DNA from: Octopus sinensis
Taxonomy: Eukaryota
Direction: 5' to 3'
Length of the DNA stretch: 64,000 bases
Assembly: GCF_006345805.1 (NCBI RefSeq)
Contig: NC_043015.1
Span: forward strand, 26,474,001-26,538,000
Shown here in pieces: positions 53,382 through 64,000 of the stretch. Each line of letters opens with the position of its first letter. The first letter of the stretch is position 1. A program made the translations under genes and the position numbers. The notes beneath the pieces are model-generated. The model did no database searches, was not told where the DNA came from, and worked only from the letters and a program-made list of their open reading frames with translations.

Positions 53382-53818
53382 TAAACTGATACCCAAACGT
53401 CGACCAACTGAAATAGTGTGACTGTCACAATATTAGAAAAATGTACGATAAAATCGACAGTAATTGTTGTATTTGCTTATTATCATACGGAATAATACTG
53501 AACAGCAGCTAGTATATTATTAGCTGTACTATAAAGAAATGTATTTTAATAATATTAACTTTTAGAAAATTATTATCAAAATCTAAAACGACATATGCAA
53601 CGAAGGGAAGGCGAAAATGAGTAAGACGAAAGTTTTGAAGACAGCTGCATGCTAGACTATCGCTGATTGGTTGATTGAATTGAAAATTAACCAATAAAAC
53701 GCGATCACCATGCAAACGGCCACGACTCCCATAAACTATCATTCGCAACCTAGGCATGTAATGTTCGATGCACAATAGAGTCGACTAATGAAGTATATAT
53801 ATGTGTGTGTGTGTGTGT

Positions 53819-53852
<34 letters not shown>

Positions 53853-53899
53853 GAGTGTGTGTGTGCAATTAGTGTGCACCAATGCAAGTGCTTATGTGT

Positions 53900-54420
53900 A
53901 GGGCAGCATGTTAATAAAATCATTGGAGCGCCAGAAAGTACACAATGCGCAACAGTTTCTAGCATTCTTCGATTTGGAGTTTAAGGAACATTTTATGTCC
54001 CTAGAATAAAGAAATGAAGCAAGGAAATCTGACAGTGGAGACATTTTATCCCTAAGCATTAGTTCGAGACAACATAATGTCTTCTGGCTGCGGCGTTGGT
54101 CATGTTGCGGTTCACTTGTTTGTATAGGAAACAGACAAAAGGATAGATATATGTCCAGGAGAGGAATGAAGGGGTACATAAACAGTAGTGTGTAATGGTA
54201 AAGAAGGTGGGTTCTATGGAAGATGGTGGAGATGGGGAAAGTATTTATAGATGTTATCATTGATATTAATGTTTGAGGGCGATTAGTGTCGGTAAATGAA
54301 GTGGAGTGTTGACAATGGGGCTAGGTTAATTAGTTTTGGTTGTTATTAGGGAGAAGGAGGGGCAAATGGATATGAAGATTGTGGTGGAGAGACGTGATGG
54401 GGGATACTAAAGGAATTATG
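53900..54420 (-). mobile_element. Highly decayed PLE RT remnant
   Basis: IPLLDIYL-like palm/thumb motif and IKCSLNS segment. Confidence 0.4.
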
Positions 54421-54544
54421 GCCAGAAGTGAGCGAGGCACAATGTATTAGGCACACACACACAGATATATATATATCGTTGCATATATTTCCGCATCTGT
54501 AATAATTCTAGAGTTGGTATTATATATATATATATATATATATT

Positions 54545-54931
54545 TATTCTTTTACTTTTTTCAGTCATTTGGCTGCGGTCATGCTGGAACACCGCTGTTA
54601 GTCGAGCAAATCGACCTAGGAACTTATTCTTTGTAAGCCTAGTCTATCGGACACTATTGGCGAACCGCTAAGTTGCGGGGACGTAAACACACCAGAGTCG
54701 GTTGTCAAGCGATTGTGGGGGAGGAAAAACACACACGTAAACATATATATATATAATATATATATATATATATACGACGGGCTTCTTTCTGTTTCCGTCT
54801 ACCAAATCCATTCACAAGGCTTTGGTCGGCACGAGGCTATAGTTGAAGACACGTGCCTAAGGTGCCACGCAGTAGAACTGAACCCGGAACCATGTGGTTA
54901 GTAGCAAGCTACTTACCACACAGCCACATCT
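54545..54931 (-). mobile_element. tRNA-derived SINE with internal (TA)n (family of 6219-6675)
   Basis: Full reverse-complement match to the head, body and tail. Confidence 0.85.
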
Positions 54932-55804
54932 ATGGGCTTACTAGTTCACAATTTCGCGCTCCGTCGCAGTATCCCACGTTTTATCTCGTTATTCGAGTAA
55001 TGGAAGAAAGGAGTAATTTTCCGTAGCATTCTATTATGATTATCAGTGGTTCACTAATGTTGATTTTTATTCTTGGGGCGGCGGGGAGCAAAGTTAAAAC
55101 ATTATATTAATTGGGAGTGTCTCAATCGATGCCTAAAATTTTACATAGGTCTTTCCATTTATAAAATACTTATATATAAGTAGTTTGTTTTATACGTTTT
55201 TAATATACTTTGTGAGTATATTTTGTTTCCTGAAATTTTCCTTAGTTTTTGATTTCAAGGTCCTTACTTGACATTCCTTACAATCAAATTTATGTAAAAG
55301 TGCACAGGATCATGATCGATATTGAAAACGATGTTGTTTCATGTAAATATATTTTGAATATTCGAAGAGACAATGAGAAAAATGTCGCATAAAAGTTTAA
55401 AATTTATTTGATTTAACAATAATTCGATTCTAGAAGTTCTATGGTAATAAGGAACTCAATGACAAAAACTAAAAATGCTCTTTACAAACAGATCATATCA
55501 GAAAATCTAAATATATTAAATAAATTCCATTCTATTTTCATCTCAGAATTCTCTAAAACAGTTCTCCTGTTCATTCTAAATGTATTTATTAGCAAACAAC
55601 ACACAATGAAGCAGTGAAGGCATTTTGTTTTTTCACAGCTAAATACATTAGCATAACATTGACACGATTAATTTTTCATAACTTGCATGTCACTAATTTT
55701 TATTATTCGTTTATACAAGTGTATAAACACTAATTCAGGCAAGAACGAGTTTGACAAGCGTCATGTAAAGGGAAAATAAGAAAAGGTCGTTTTTTATTTT
55801 CGAA

Positions 55805-56569
55805 TATTTTCATTTGTCTCATTTGTCTTATTTTTAAACTTTGGTTTTTTTTTCTTGAGAACACATTCTTCGTGGTAAATGGCGAGTTTGATGTCTATAT
55901 CTAGCATACAGGCTGTCCACTATTAGTGGTCATTCCTCTAAATTTTGTATGTATAACATTTTTAATCTTTGGATTTTTAAAAAATATTCCAAGCCACTGG
56001 TTTTAATTGATTAATATCAATTTCTACCCTTATTTAATTCTAAATAAAAAAAATGTTCTCTAGCCGGTAAATTAACTGTTGTAGTATATTAACTGCAGAG
56101 TAATTTCCGATCTCAGCGCGCCAAAGTGAAGGCATTTGAAAGATACACATATATATAATTTGTGGAGCTTTATACACGCTGGATTTCGGTCGAGTGCCCT
56201 GCATCTAGTTTTGGAAATTGTATTTCGTAAACAACAGACTACGCTGACGATCTTGCAGGTGTTTATGTATCTATATACGTAAATATTAAAAAGTGAAACT
56301 AATTAGTACGTAGGTAATCGTTTATTATTTTCGTGTATTTTCATTTGTCTTATTTTTAAACTTTTGTTTTTGCTGAACTTTTCTTGAGAACACATTCTTC
56401 GTGGTAAATGGCGAGTTTGACGTCTATATCTAGCATACAGGCTGTCCACTATTAGTGGTCACTCCTCTAAATTTTGTATGTATAAAATTCTTAATCTTCG
56501 GATTTTTTTAAAATATGCCAGGCCACTGGTTTTAATTGATTAATATCAATTTCTAACCTTATTTAATTT

Positions 56570-56570
<1 letters not shown>
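55805..56570 (+). repeat. ~530-bp-period direct repeat with an HHR; its 3' end recurs at about 31505-31557
   Basis: ~230-bp block at 55805-56040 and 56340-56570; shared terminus CCACTGGTTTTAATTGATTAATATCAATTTCTA followed by (TA)n. Confidence 0.85.
56239..56313 (+). ncRNA. Type I hammerhead with U.U at the base of stem II
   Basis: CTACG-CTGACGA-TCTT...(12-bp inner helix)...AAGT-GAAA-CTAATTAG-TA/CGTAG; predicted cleavage after 56308. Confidence 0.75.
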
Positions 56571-56607
<37 letters not shown>

Positions 56608-57015
56608 TATATTATATTATATATATGTATATATATAGGTGTATATATATAGATATATATAGAGAGAGATATACACACACAGAGGTATATATGTATAAAT
56701 ATATATAAGTATATATATGTACTAATAATATTTGAAATGAAAGATTATTGCGATTGACGACCGGTTTCGCTTTCGCTAGTCATGACATTAAAATTATTAT
56801 AATTTCGTATTTTCATAAGAAGAATGTAGTCCAAGTTCTTATTCAAGAACATGGTCGACATCCACAACGCTCTTTCTTTTAAAGTATATTAGAACTCTGT
56901 AAACTGTGTGCATTTTAATTCTTTTATTACATATGTATTTTGTGCATTACAACCCACCAGGTGGGGACAATCGGAATTCTCATTCTCCCTCTTCTTACTA
57001 TATATATTTATATAT

Positions 57016-57072
<57 letters not shown>

Positions 57073-57241
57073 TATATATAATATATATATACGGTTAAGT
57101 AATTGAGATTCAAGTGAATTCTAATGAATTCACATGAATATGGTCCTTAACTAGGATGCACCGGAAATCTATATGATGTTAACCATACGACAAGTGGGGT
57201 GATTACAAATAGGAAAAAAGCAACAAGAATGGATTAAAATA

Positions 57242-57324
57242 TCGGTACAATTGTTTCGTACGAGGACATCTTTAATAAGCTACAAAAATGCAGTAAATAT
57301 AGATGGCTCGTACTCGTCAGCCGA
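57242..57324 (-). ncRNA. Type I hammerhead ribozyme, intact
   Basis: TCGG-CTGACGA-GTACGAG...CTCGTAC-GAAA-CAATTG-TA/CCGA. Confidence 0.85.
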
Positions 57325-57721
57325 AAAAACATCAGAGATTCCCAAACATCAAAAGGGGTAGATACAAATAAGGGTGCGAGTTTAACTGCATTGAAAAAAG
57401 TTTGATTCCTAGAGATCCGATGAAAGGTCTTGAACTTACAGAATTTGTGCATAAATTTCAATAACAATCTGTTCCTCTACACGATATGACAGTCACTTTG
57501 CTTCTTACTCGGATTCTCAGAAATTTCGCATGACTGTATCCAAAATTTCTTCACATAACTTGATTAACAATTCACTATGAGCTATATATGGACATGCACA
57601 AATTCTGTAAGTTCAAGACCTTTCATCGGATCTCCAGGAATCGAACTTTCTTCAATGCAGTTAAACTCACACCCTTATTTGTATCTACCCCTTTTGATGT
57701 TTGGGAATCTCTGATGTTTTT

Positions 57722-57805
57722 TCGGCTGACGAATACGAGCCATCTATATTTATTGCATTTTTTGTAGCTTATTAAAGATGTCCTCGTACGAAACAATTGT
57801 ACCGA
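57722..57805 (+). ncRNA. Type I hammerhead (G10.1A in this copy)
   Basis: TCGG-CTGACGA-ATACGAG...CTCGTAC-GAAA-CAATTG-TA/CCGA. Confidence 0.75.
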
Positions 57806-57833
57806 TATTTTAATCCATTCTTGTTGCTTTTTT

Positions 57834-57877
<44 letters not shown>

Positions 57878-57946
57878 GGAGTAAACACATAAATGTGAAA
57901 CAAGGTGGAAAAAAGAGTACTCAAATACCAGTGGTAGAGTAATATG

Positions 57947-58139
57947 CTTTATTTTAAGCAGCAGAAAATTCAACAAAATCTGTTACTCTGAGTTTCTCGT
58001 TGCCGTTCATCAGACAGTTCTTGCTAGAACTGTCTGATGAAGAACTGTCTGATGAACTGTCAGCAAGAACTGTCTGATGAACGGCAACGAGAACTCAGAG
58101 TAACAGATTTTGTTGAATTTTCTGCTGCTTAAAATAAAG
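57947..58139. repeat. Inverted repeat with minimal HHR motifs and a reiterated core in the spacer
   Basis: Arms 57947-58024 and 58062-58139; GAACTGTCTGATGA occurs three times on the plus strand. Confidence 0.88.
57980..58017 (-). ncRNA. Minimal type I hammerhead-like motif
   Basis: CTGT-CTGATGA-A-CG-gcaa-CG-A-GAAA-CTC-A-GAG-TA/ACAG; the mirror copy at 58070-58106 lacks one A of GAAA. Confidence 0.6.
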
Positions 58140-58195
58140 TATATATATATATATATATATATATAGGAAAAAAGCAACAAGAATGGATTAAAATA

Positions 58196-58279
58196 TCGGT
58201 ACAATTGTTTCGTACGAGGACATCTTTAATAAGCTACAAAAAATGCAATAAATATAGATGGGTCGTACTCGTCAGCCGA
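58196..58279 (-). ncRNA. Type I hammerhead ribozyme, intact
   Basis: TCGG-CTGACGA-GTACGA...TCGTAC-GAAA-CAATTG-TA/CCGA. Confidence 0.83.
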
Positions 58280-58511
58280 AAAAACATCAGAGATTCCCAA
58301 ACATCAAAAGGGGTAGATACAAATAAGGGTGTGAGTTTAACTGCATTGAAGAAAGTTCGATTCCTGGAGATCCGATGAAACGTCTTGAACTTACAGAATT
58401 TGTGCATGTCCATATATAGCTCATAGTGAATTGTTAATCAAGTTATGTGAAGAAATTTTGGATACAGTCATGCGAAAATTCTGAGAATCCGAGTAAGAAG
58501 CAAAGTGACTG

Positions 58512-58581
<70 letters not shown>

Positions 58582-58582
<1 letters not shown>

Positions 58583-58991
58583 AGGAACGTGCCGCCTGTG
58601 TAGGCAAGTAGGCGGTGTCTATCCTGAAAAACATTAAATGATAGTAATGTTTTCCTTTTATGGCAAAATATGCACCTAATTCAATAAAATTTTGAAGTTT
58701 ACTCTGATTTCTATGAATAAAATTCAAAATATCTTCTTTTTTTTTGTTCGTATATTAGGTTGGCATAATTCGCCCCTGCCTTTCAATTTCAGTATTAAAA
58801 CTATGTATAGTACTGCTGCAGTATACGTGTTGCGTACATTCCTACAACAACGTATTCTTTACATGCTATGAACGCAGAGCTAATTCTGCCTCCAACTCAA
58901 CCACACCTGTGTTTCACTGATATTTTTGCGTGTTTCCTGCATAGATGTCACCAACTGCCGACCCTGAGTAATTGCTGACGGCACGTGCCTG
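58582..58991. mobile_element. MITE with 13-bp TIRs, hAT-like
   Basis: CAGGAACGTGCCG / CGGCACGTGCCTG; the possible 8-bp TSD is imperfect (atatatat versus acttatat). Confidence 0.55.
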
Positions 58992-59637
58992 ACTTATATG
59001 TATGTATGTATATATATATATATATATATATATAGTAAGAAAAAGGAGGAAGAGAATTCCATTTGTCCCCACCTGGTGAGGTGTTATGCAAAAAATATGT
59101 GATAAAACAAAGAAAATTATATATATCGAATTAAATCAAGGAGTCCTTTAGCAATGTTTCACAAGAAAGGGAAAGCTATAACTGTAATTAAATACGTCAG
59201 AGATTGTTAGAACACCTACAATTCTAGAAATAAGAGCTAAAGTGCTCTTTACATATATATATATATATATTTATATGTACTCACATATACGACCGCTCCA
59301 CCTTCCTCAACTCAGGTCCATTTTATTTCACAGTTTGTATGTGTAGGTTTCATTTTAAAATTGCCTGCAACCAACCCTATTATGTGTGCTTATCCTGCAA
59401 CTCTTGTGCTAACTCTTACGGTATTTCACTTTTACTGCCTCTTCCACTACGAAATGAAGCGTTACTGGAGAATTGAAGATACGAAACAATCAACATATAT
59501 ATCAGCTAATCTACACACGCGCGCGCACATGTACATGTACGTTACATTTATACTTGGCCCCCAACACCTAAAATACGAATGTAAAACAGCATACATACAC
59601 ATATATTATATATATATGCAGATAGATATGTATGTAT

Positions 59638-59730
<93 letters not shown>

Positions 59731-60477
59731 CATGCACACGCCACACACACACAAATAGATACACATATTAATTAAACAAAAGTAAAAAGAATCCTATTGC
59801 GTTTCACTTATGAATGCTGAACAAGTGATTTCCTAACATTATTCCTCCAATGTTCCCATGTACATCACGAACAAGACATAGGTAAATACATATTGTGAAA
59901 TATATATTAAAGAAAACTCAAGAAAGAAAACAGAACACATGAATGAAAATACAGTGAATTGCAGATTAAGGGCAGGAGAGGTATAAATAGGTAAACGAAA
60001 ATTGGGACAGATCGATGATGCCACTTCAAAGGAACATCTTTTTTATTCATTTATTTACATGATTTTTTATTTTGTTTTATTTGTTATATATATTCTGATT
60101 GAGATGCAACAGTTCTTGACTAGAAAAAAGGCATTGTGTTAGACTTTCTTCTTTAGCTTGAAATTATTCTTTATATATATCTATGTTATAAAACTCTCAC
60201 TCTCTCTATCTCTCCCTCTCTGTATATATATATATACATGTGCGTGTGTATGTATATGTGTGTGTGCGTACGTGTGTGTTTGTCTGAGGGAATGTGTGTA
60301 TGCGTGAATGTGTGACTGAGGTCAGCCAATAATGAACAAATGGTGTGATACTATTTTACTTGACTCCCGGAAAACATCTTATCTCTGACATTCAATGAGT
60401 TGTACTGATATTACAGTCTACATCAAAGTATATGCAGTATTTGTGTGTACGTGTGTGCATATGTATGCGTATATGCA

Positions 60478-60517
<40 letters not shown>

Positions 60518-60598
60518 CAAAGTGGAGTTGTAGGATACCGCACGAGTGGAATTATATACGCAAGAAGGTTTGAAAATGCAATTTTAAAAGATGTTTAT

Positions 60599-60643
60599 TT
60601 ACTTTACCGGTTTCACTCTTTGGAAAAAGATTGTCAAAAGTAA
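60599..60643 (-). ncRNA. Type I hammerhead-like motif, U3:A8 variant
   Basis: TTACTT-TTGACAA-TCTTTTTCCAAAGAGT-GAAA-CCGG-TA/AAGTAA. Confidence 0.6.
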
Positions 60644-62214
60644 CATGTAAAAGTTTGGTTGCGTTAATTATTGGTTGTTACAAAATGCTAAATTACATAT
60701 ATACAGTCTTTGGTAACAAGAACATGTTAAGGACATTAAAAATTTTAACAAGTTCCTTAAAATATTGGGCACAAAAGATTACAACATAAATATACATTCT
60801 CAAGAAAATGTTAATGATAGTTTTCAGAAGGAATTATTAAAAAGTTCAGTGGGATATTGGTATTGTATCTGTATATTCAAACACGCACAGAATATTGGTT
60901 GTTACAGAGTACTACAATACATATATATACATTCTTTGGTGACAAGAGCATGTTAAGAACATAAAAAAGTTTAACAAGTTCATTGAAATATTGGGCACAA
61001 AAGATTACAACAAATATATACGTTCTCAAGAAAATGTAAAAGATAATTTCCAGAAGGAATTATTAAAAAGTTCAGTGGAATATTGGTATACACGCACAGA
61101 ATACTATGATTTCAAAAATGTTTACATTATAATAGTAGGGAAGCTAAAACTGACATGTCCACCATGTTAGCGTAAAATAATATTATCTATTCAAGGGACA
61201 CTGTAGGTGTGTTTGGGTGGGGGAAGGAAGAGTAATGTGGAATTGAAAAGAATTTCTCCTTTTTGTCTCTCCTTCACGCACCAATGATTTGGGGGATTGG
61301 TCTTTAGAGGTCAGAATGGTTCGAGTGTGTGTGTCTTTGTGTGTGTGTATATACATATGTGGTGTGAATAGATGTGTCTGTGTGTTTGTAAAATCTGGTA
61401 GGATGGTGTGTGTATATGTGTGCCCGTTTGTCAACCGCGTGTGTGATCGTCTTGGTCTTGTGTGTGTGTATGTATGTGCGTGATTGGCATTTGTCATGGT
61501 GATGTGTGTGTGCATGTGTGTATATATGTGTGTCTGTATGGAGGTCAGAATTGTGTGAGTGTGTGTGCCTTTGTGTGAGTTTATATATGTATACATGTGT
61601 TTGTGTGTGGGGGCTGTTTTGATTGGTCCCAGGGTCCATTGTGGTATAAATAGATGTGTATTTTTTTTAATTTGGTAGGATGTTGTGTGTATGGTGTTGT
61701 GCGTGTGTGTACGTGTGTGATTGGCATTCGTCATGGTGCTGTGTGTTGCATGTGTGTGTATATGTGTGTCTGTATGGCGGTCAGAATGGTGTGAGTGTGT
61801 CTTTCTGTGTGTGCGTATATATGTATACATGTGTCTGTGTGTGTGTGGGGGAGGGTGTTTTTGATTGATCCCAGGGTCCATTGTGGTGTAAATATATGTG
61901 TGTTTTTTTAGAAATTTGGTAGGATGGTGTGTGTATATGAGTGCCCGTTTGTCAACCATGTGTGTGATTGTCTTGGTGTTGTGTGTGTGTGTATGCGGGT
62001 GGTTAATGTTTGTTAGTGTGTTGCGTGTGTGCTAGTGTGTATATGTGTTTGTTCGTATGTGTGTCCATGTGTGTTGGGTTTGTCTGGGTGGCGTGTGTGT
62101 GTTTATGCGTTTTGTGTGTGTTGGTATTGAGTATGTGTTTGTGTGTGTGCGTATATATGGTGCGAGTGTGTGTGTCTTTGTGTGTTTGTTTTGGATGTGT
62201 GCCTGGGGGGTATG

Positions 62215-62640
62215 TTAGAGTATGTTTAGTTGTGGTCTGTATTTTTGAATGATATTATTTTCCCTATTTATTCGTGTTTGGTCTGTGGTGTTGTCTGGCA
62301 TTGGTATATTGAGGAAACTAAGAATTTGGGGGACTTATTGTGTGCACAGAGGCCTATGTGTCCACTAAGTGGTATCTATCTTGTGGTAGGGTCCCTCAGT
62401 TGTTGGCGTTGAACTGTCATCCTTTCTCTGAGGGTAAGGCTCGTTTGCCCTATGTAGTCTTCGTGGCACCCTTCACGCCTTATGACATAGAGTAAATTTA
62501 TTGATGTGCAGGTGAAATTATTTTTTATGATAGAGGTGTGTCCTGACTGGAACTTGTACGTTGATCCCTCAATGAGGTGGATGCAAGTCCTGCAGTTGAA
62601 ACGACCACATTTTTTGACGGTGGGCGGTGGGTTTGTGTTG
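62215..62640 (-). pseudogene. PLE GIY-YIG endonuclease with upstream Cys-rich motif
   Basis: KKCGRFNCRTC...FTCTSINLLYVI...GCHEDYIGQTSLTLRERM...KYRPQLN; stops and a frameshift. Confidence 0.85.
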
Positions 62641-63297
62641 TGTAATCCCCCAAATCATTGATGCGTGAAGAAAGACAAAAAGGAGAAATTCTTTTCAGTT
62701 CCACATTACTCTTCCTTCCCCCACCCAAACACACCTACAGTATCCCTGAAATAGATAATATTCTTTTACGCTAACATGGTGGACAGGTCAGTTTTAGCTT
62801 CCCTACTATTATAATGTAAACATTTTTGAAATCATAGTATTCTGTGCGTGTATACCAATATTCCACTGAACTTTTTAATAATTCCTTCTGGAAATTATCT
62901 TTTACATTTTCTTGAGAACGTATATATTTGTTGCAATCTTTTGTGCCCAATATTTCAATGAACTTGTTAAACTTTTTTATGTTCTTAAAATGCTCTTGTC
63001 ACCTAAGAATGTATATATATGTATTGTAGTACTCTGTGACAACCAATATTCTGTGCGTGTTTGAATATACAGATACAATACCAATATCCCACTGAACTTT
63101 TTAATAATTCCTTCTGAAAACTATCATTAACATTTTCTTGAGAATGTATATTTATGTTGTAATCTTTTGTGCCCAATATTTTAAGGAACTTGTTAAAATT
63201 TTTAATGTCCTTAACATGTTCTTGTTACCAAAGACTGTATATATGTAATTTAGCATTTTGTAACAACCAATAATTAACGCAACCAAACTTTTACATG

Positions 63298-63342
63298 TTA
63301 CTTTTGACAATCTTTTTCCAAAGAGTGAAACCGGTAAAGTAA
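63298..63342 (+). ncRNA. Type I hammerhead-like motif, U3:A8 variant
   Basis: Identical to the left-arm copy; predicted cleavage after 63336. Confidence 0.6.
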
Positions 63343-63380
63343 ATAAACATCTTTTAAAATTGCATTTTCAAACCTTCTTT

Positions 63381-63456
<76 letters not shown>

Positions 63457-63509
63457 GGTAAAAACGGTAAGGTAACAAAAGAAAGAAATATTATGTAAAT
63501 ATTATGTAA

Positions 63510-63549
<40 letters not shown>

Positions 63550-63561
63550 GTATAAATCTAA

Positions 63562-63672
63562 GTGGAGGCGCAATGGCCCAGTGGTTAGGGCAGCTGAAAT
63601 CGCGGTCGTAGAATCGGAGTTTCGATTCCCATACCGGGTGTTTTGAGTGTTTATTGAGCAAAAACACCTAAA
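63562..63672 (+). mobile_element. SINE 5' head (family of 48704-48996)
   Basis: GTGGAGGCGCAATGGCCCAGTGGTTAGGGCAG...TTTCGATTCCC. Confidence 0.75.
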
Positions 63673-64000
63673 TTTACATAATATTGATGTCTCTTTCTTT
63701 TTGTGGTAGTGTCCTTCAGTTGTTGGCGGTGAACTGTCATCCTTTCTCTTACCGTTTTTACCAATAAATTACCTCCCGAACGACGCTATTCTTCACTAAG
63801 AGATAATACACCTTTTTTGGATAATCACCAGACATTGGTTGAGAACTCTAACACACAGAAGAAGTTAATATGGACGCCTATTGCATAGATTATTCTATGA
63901 AAAACATACCATTACCAATATATATATATATATATATATATGCCGAGCCAGTGTGGCAGAGTAGATTCCCCAAACCATCTGAAGCTATTCTCTGGCTGAG

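Larger units (their letters stand above)
57210..58517. mobile_element. Cluster of three copies of a ~354-bp HHR unit plus a second HHR palindrome
   Basis: Partial minus copy 57210-57452, full plus copy 57484-57837, full minus copy 58164-58517. Confidence 0.9.
60562..63379 (-). mobile_element. Penelope-like element 3' end with a ~737-bp inverted pseudo-LTR copy
   Basis: Arms 60562-61298 and 62644-63379 are highly similar; the spacer holds a GIY-YIG remnant and a CA-rich tandem tract; HHR motifs at both outer ends. Confidence 0.85.

Noticed and set aside
56750-56790. GC-GAAA-GC-GAAA-CCGG-TC/GTCA on the minus strand
   Set aside because: The CUGANGA core is missing; at best a deleted HHR
1639-63000. 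Most ORF-track entries ([12 protein letters not shown], poly-N/I/L/Y, and the poly-K/R ORF at 49994-50212)
   Set aside because: They are translations of (TA)n, (TG)n, (TATG)n, (AAT)n and purine tracts, with no domain content
4783-63672. tRNA-like A/B-box sequences
   Set aside because: They continue into SINE bodies and do not fold into complete cloverleaves, so they are not tRNA genes

Overview
AT-rich, repeat-dense eukaryotic (animal) DNA, most likely an octopus-like cephalopod. That assignment is inferred from the SINE families and the heavy (TA)n/(CA)n/(TAA)n load and was not database-checked. No intact host gene was recognised, and almost all ORF-track entries are microsatellite artefacts. 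The window holds decayed mobile elements: a near-complete IR/DR-type Tc1 (DD34E), a maT (DD37D), a Visitor/rosa-like fragment, a deleted mariner, a hAT-like MITE, three non-autonomous Helitrons, two R4/Dong-type LINEs chained in (TAA)n, CR1-like and RTE fragments, about ten tRNA-derived SINE copies and several Penelope-like element (PLE) fragments (RT, GIY-YIG). The stand-out signal is about two dozen type I hammerhead ribozyme (HHR) motifs from at least ten sequence families, read by eye. About 14 have an intact or covarying catalytic core and a self-complementary stem III. They sit in ~340-530 bp non-coding units arranged as tandem repeats (retrozyme-like) or as outward-pointing inverted repeats, usually fused to (TA)n. 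Recurrent non-canonical variants (U3:A8 covariation, mismatched 10.1/11.1 pair) occur in unrelated families.
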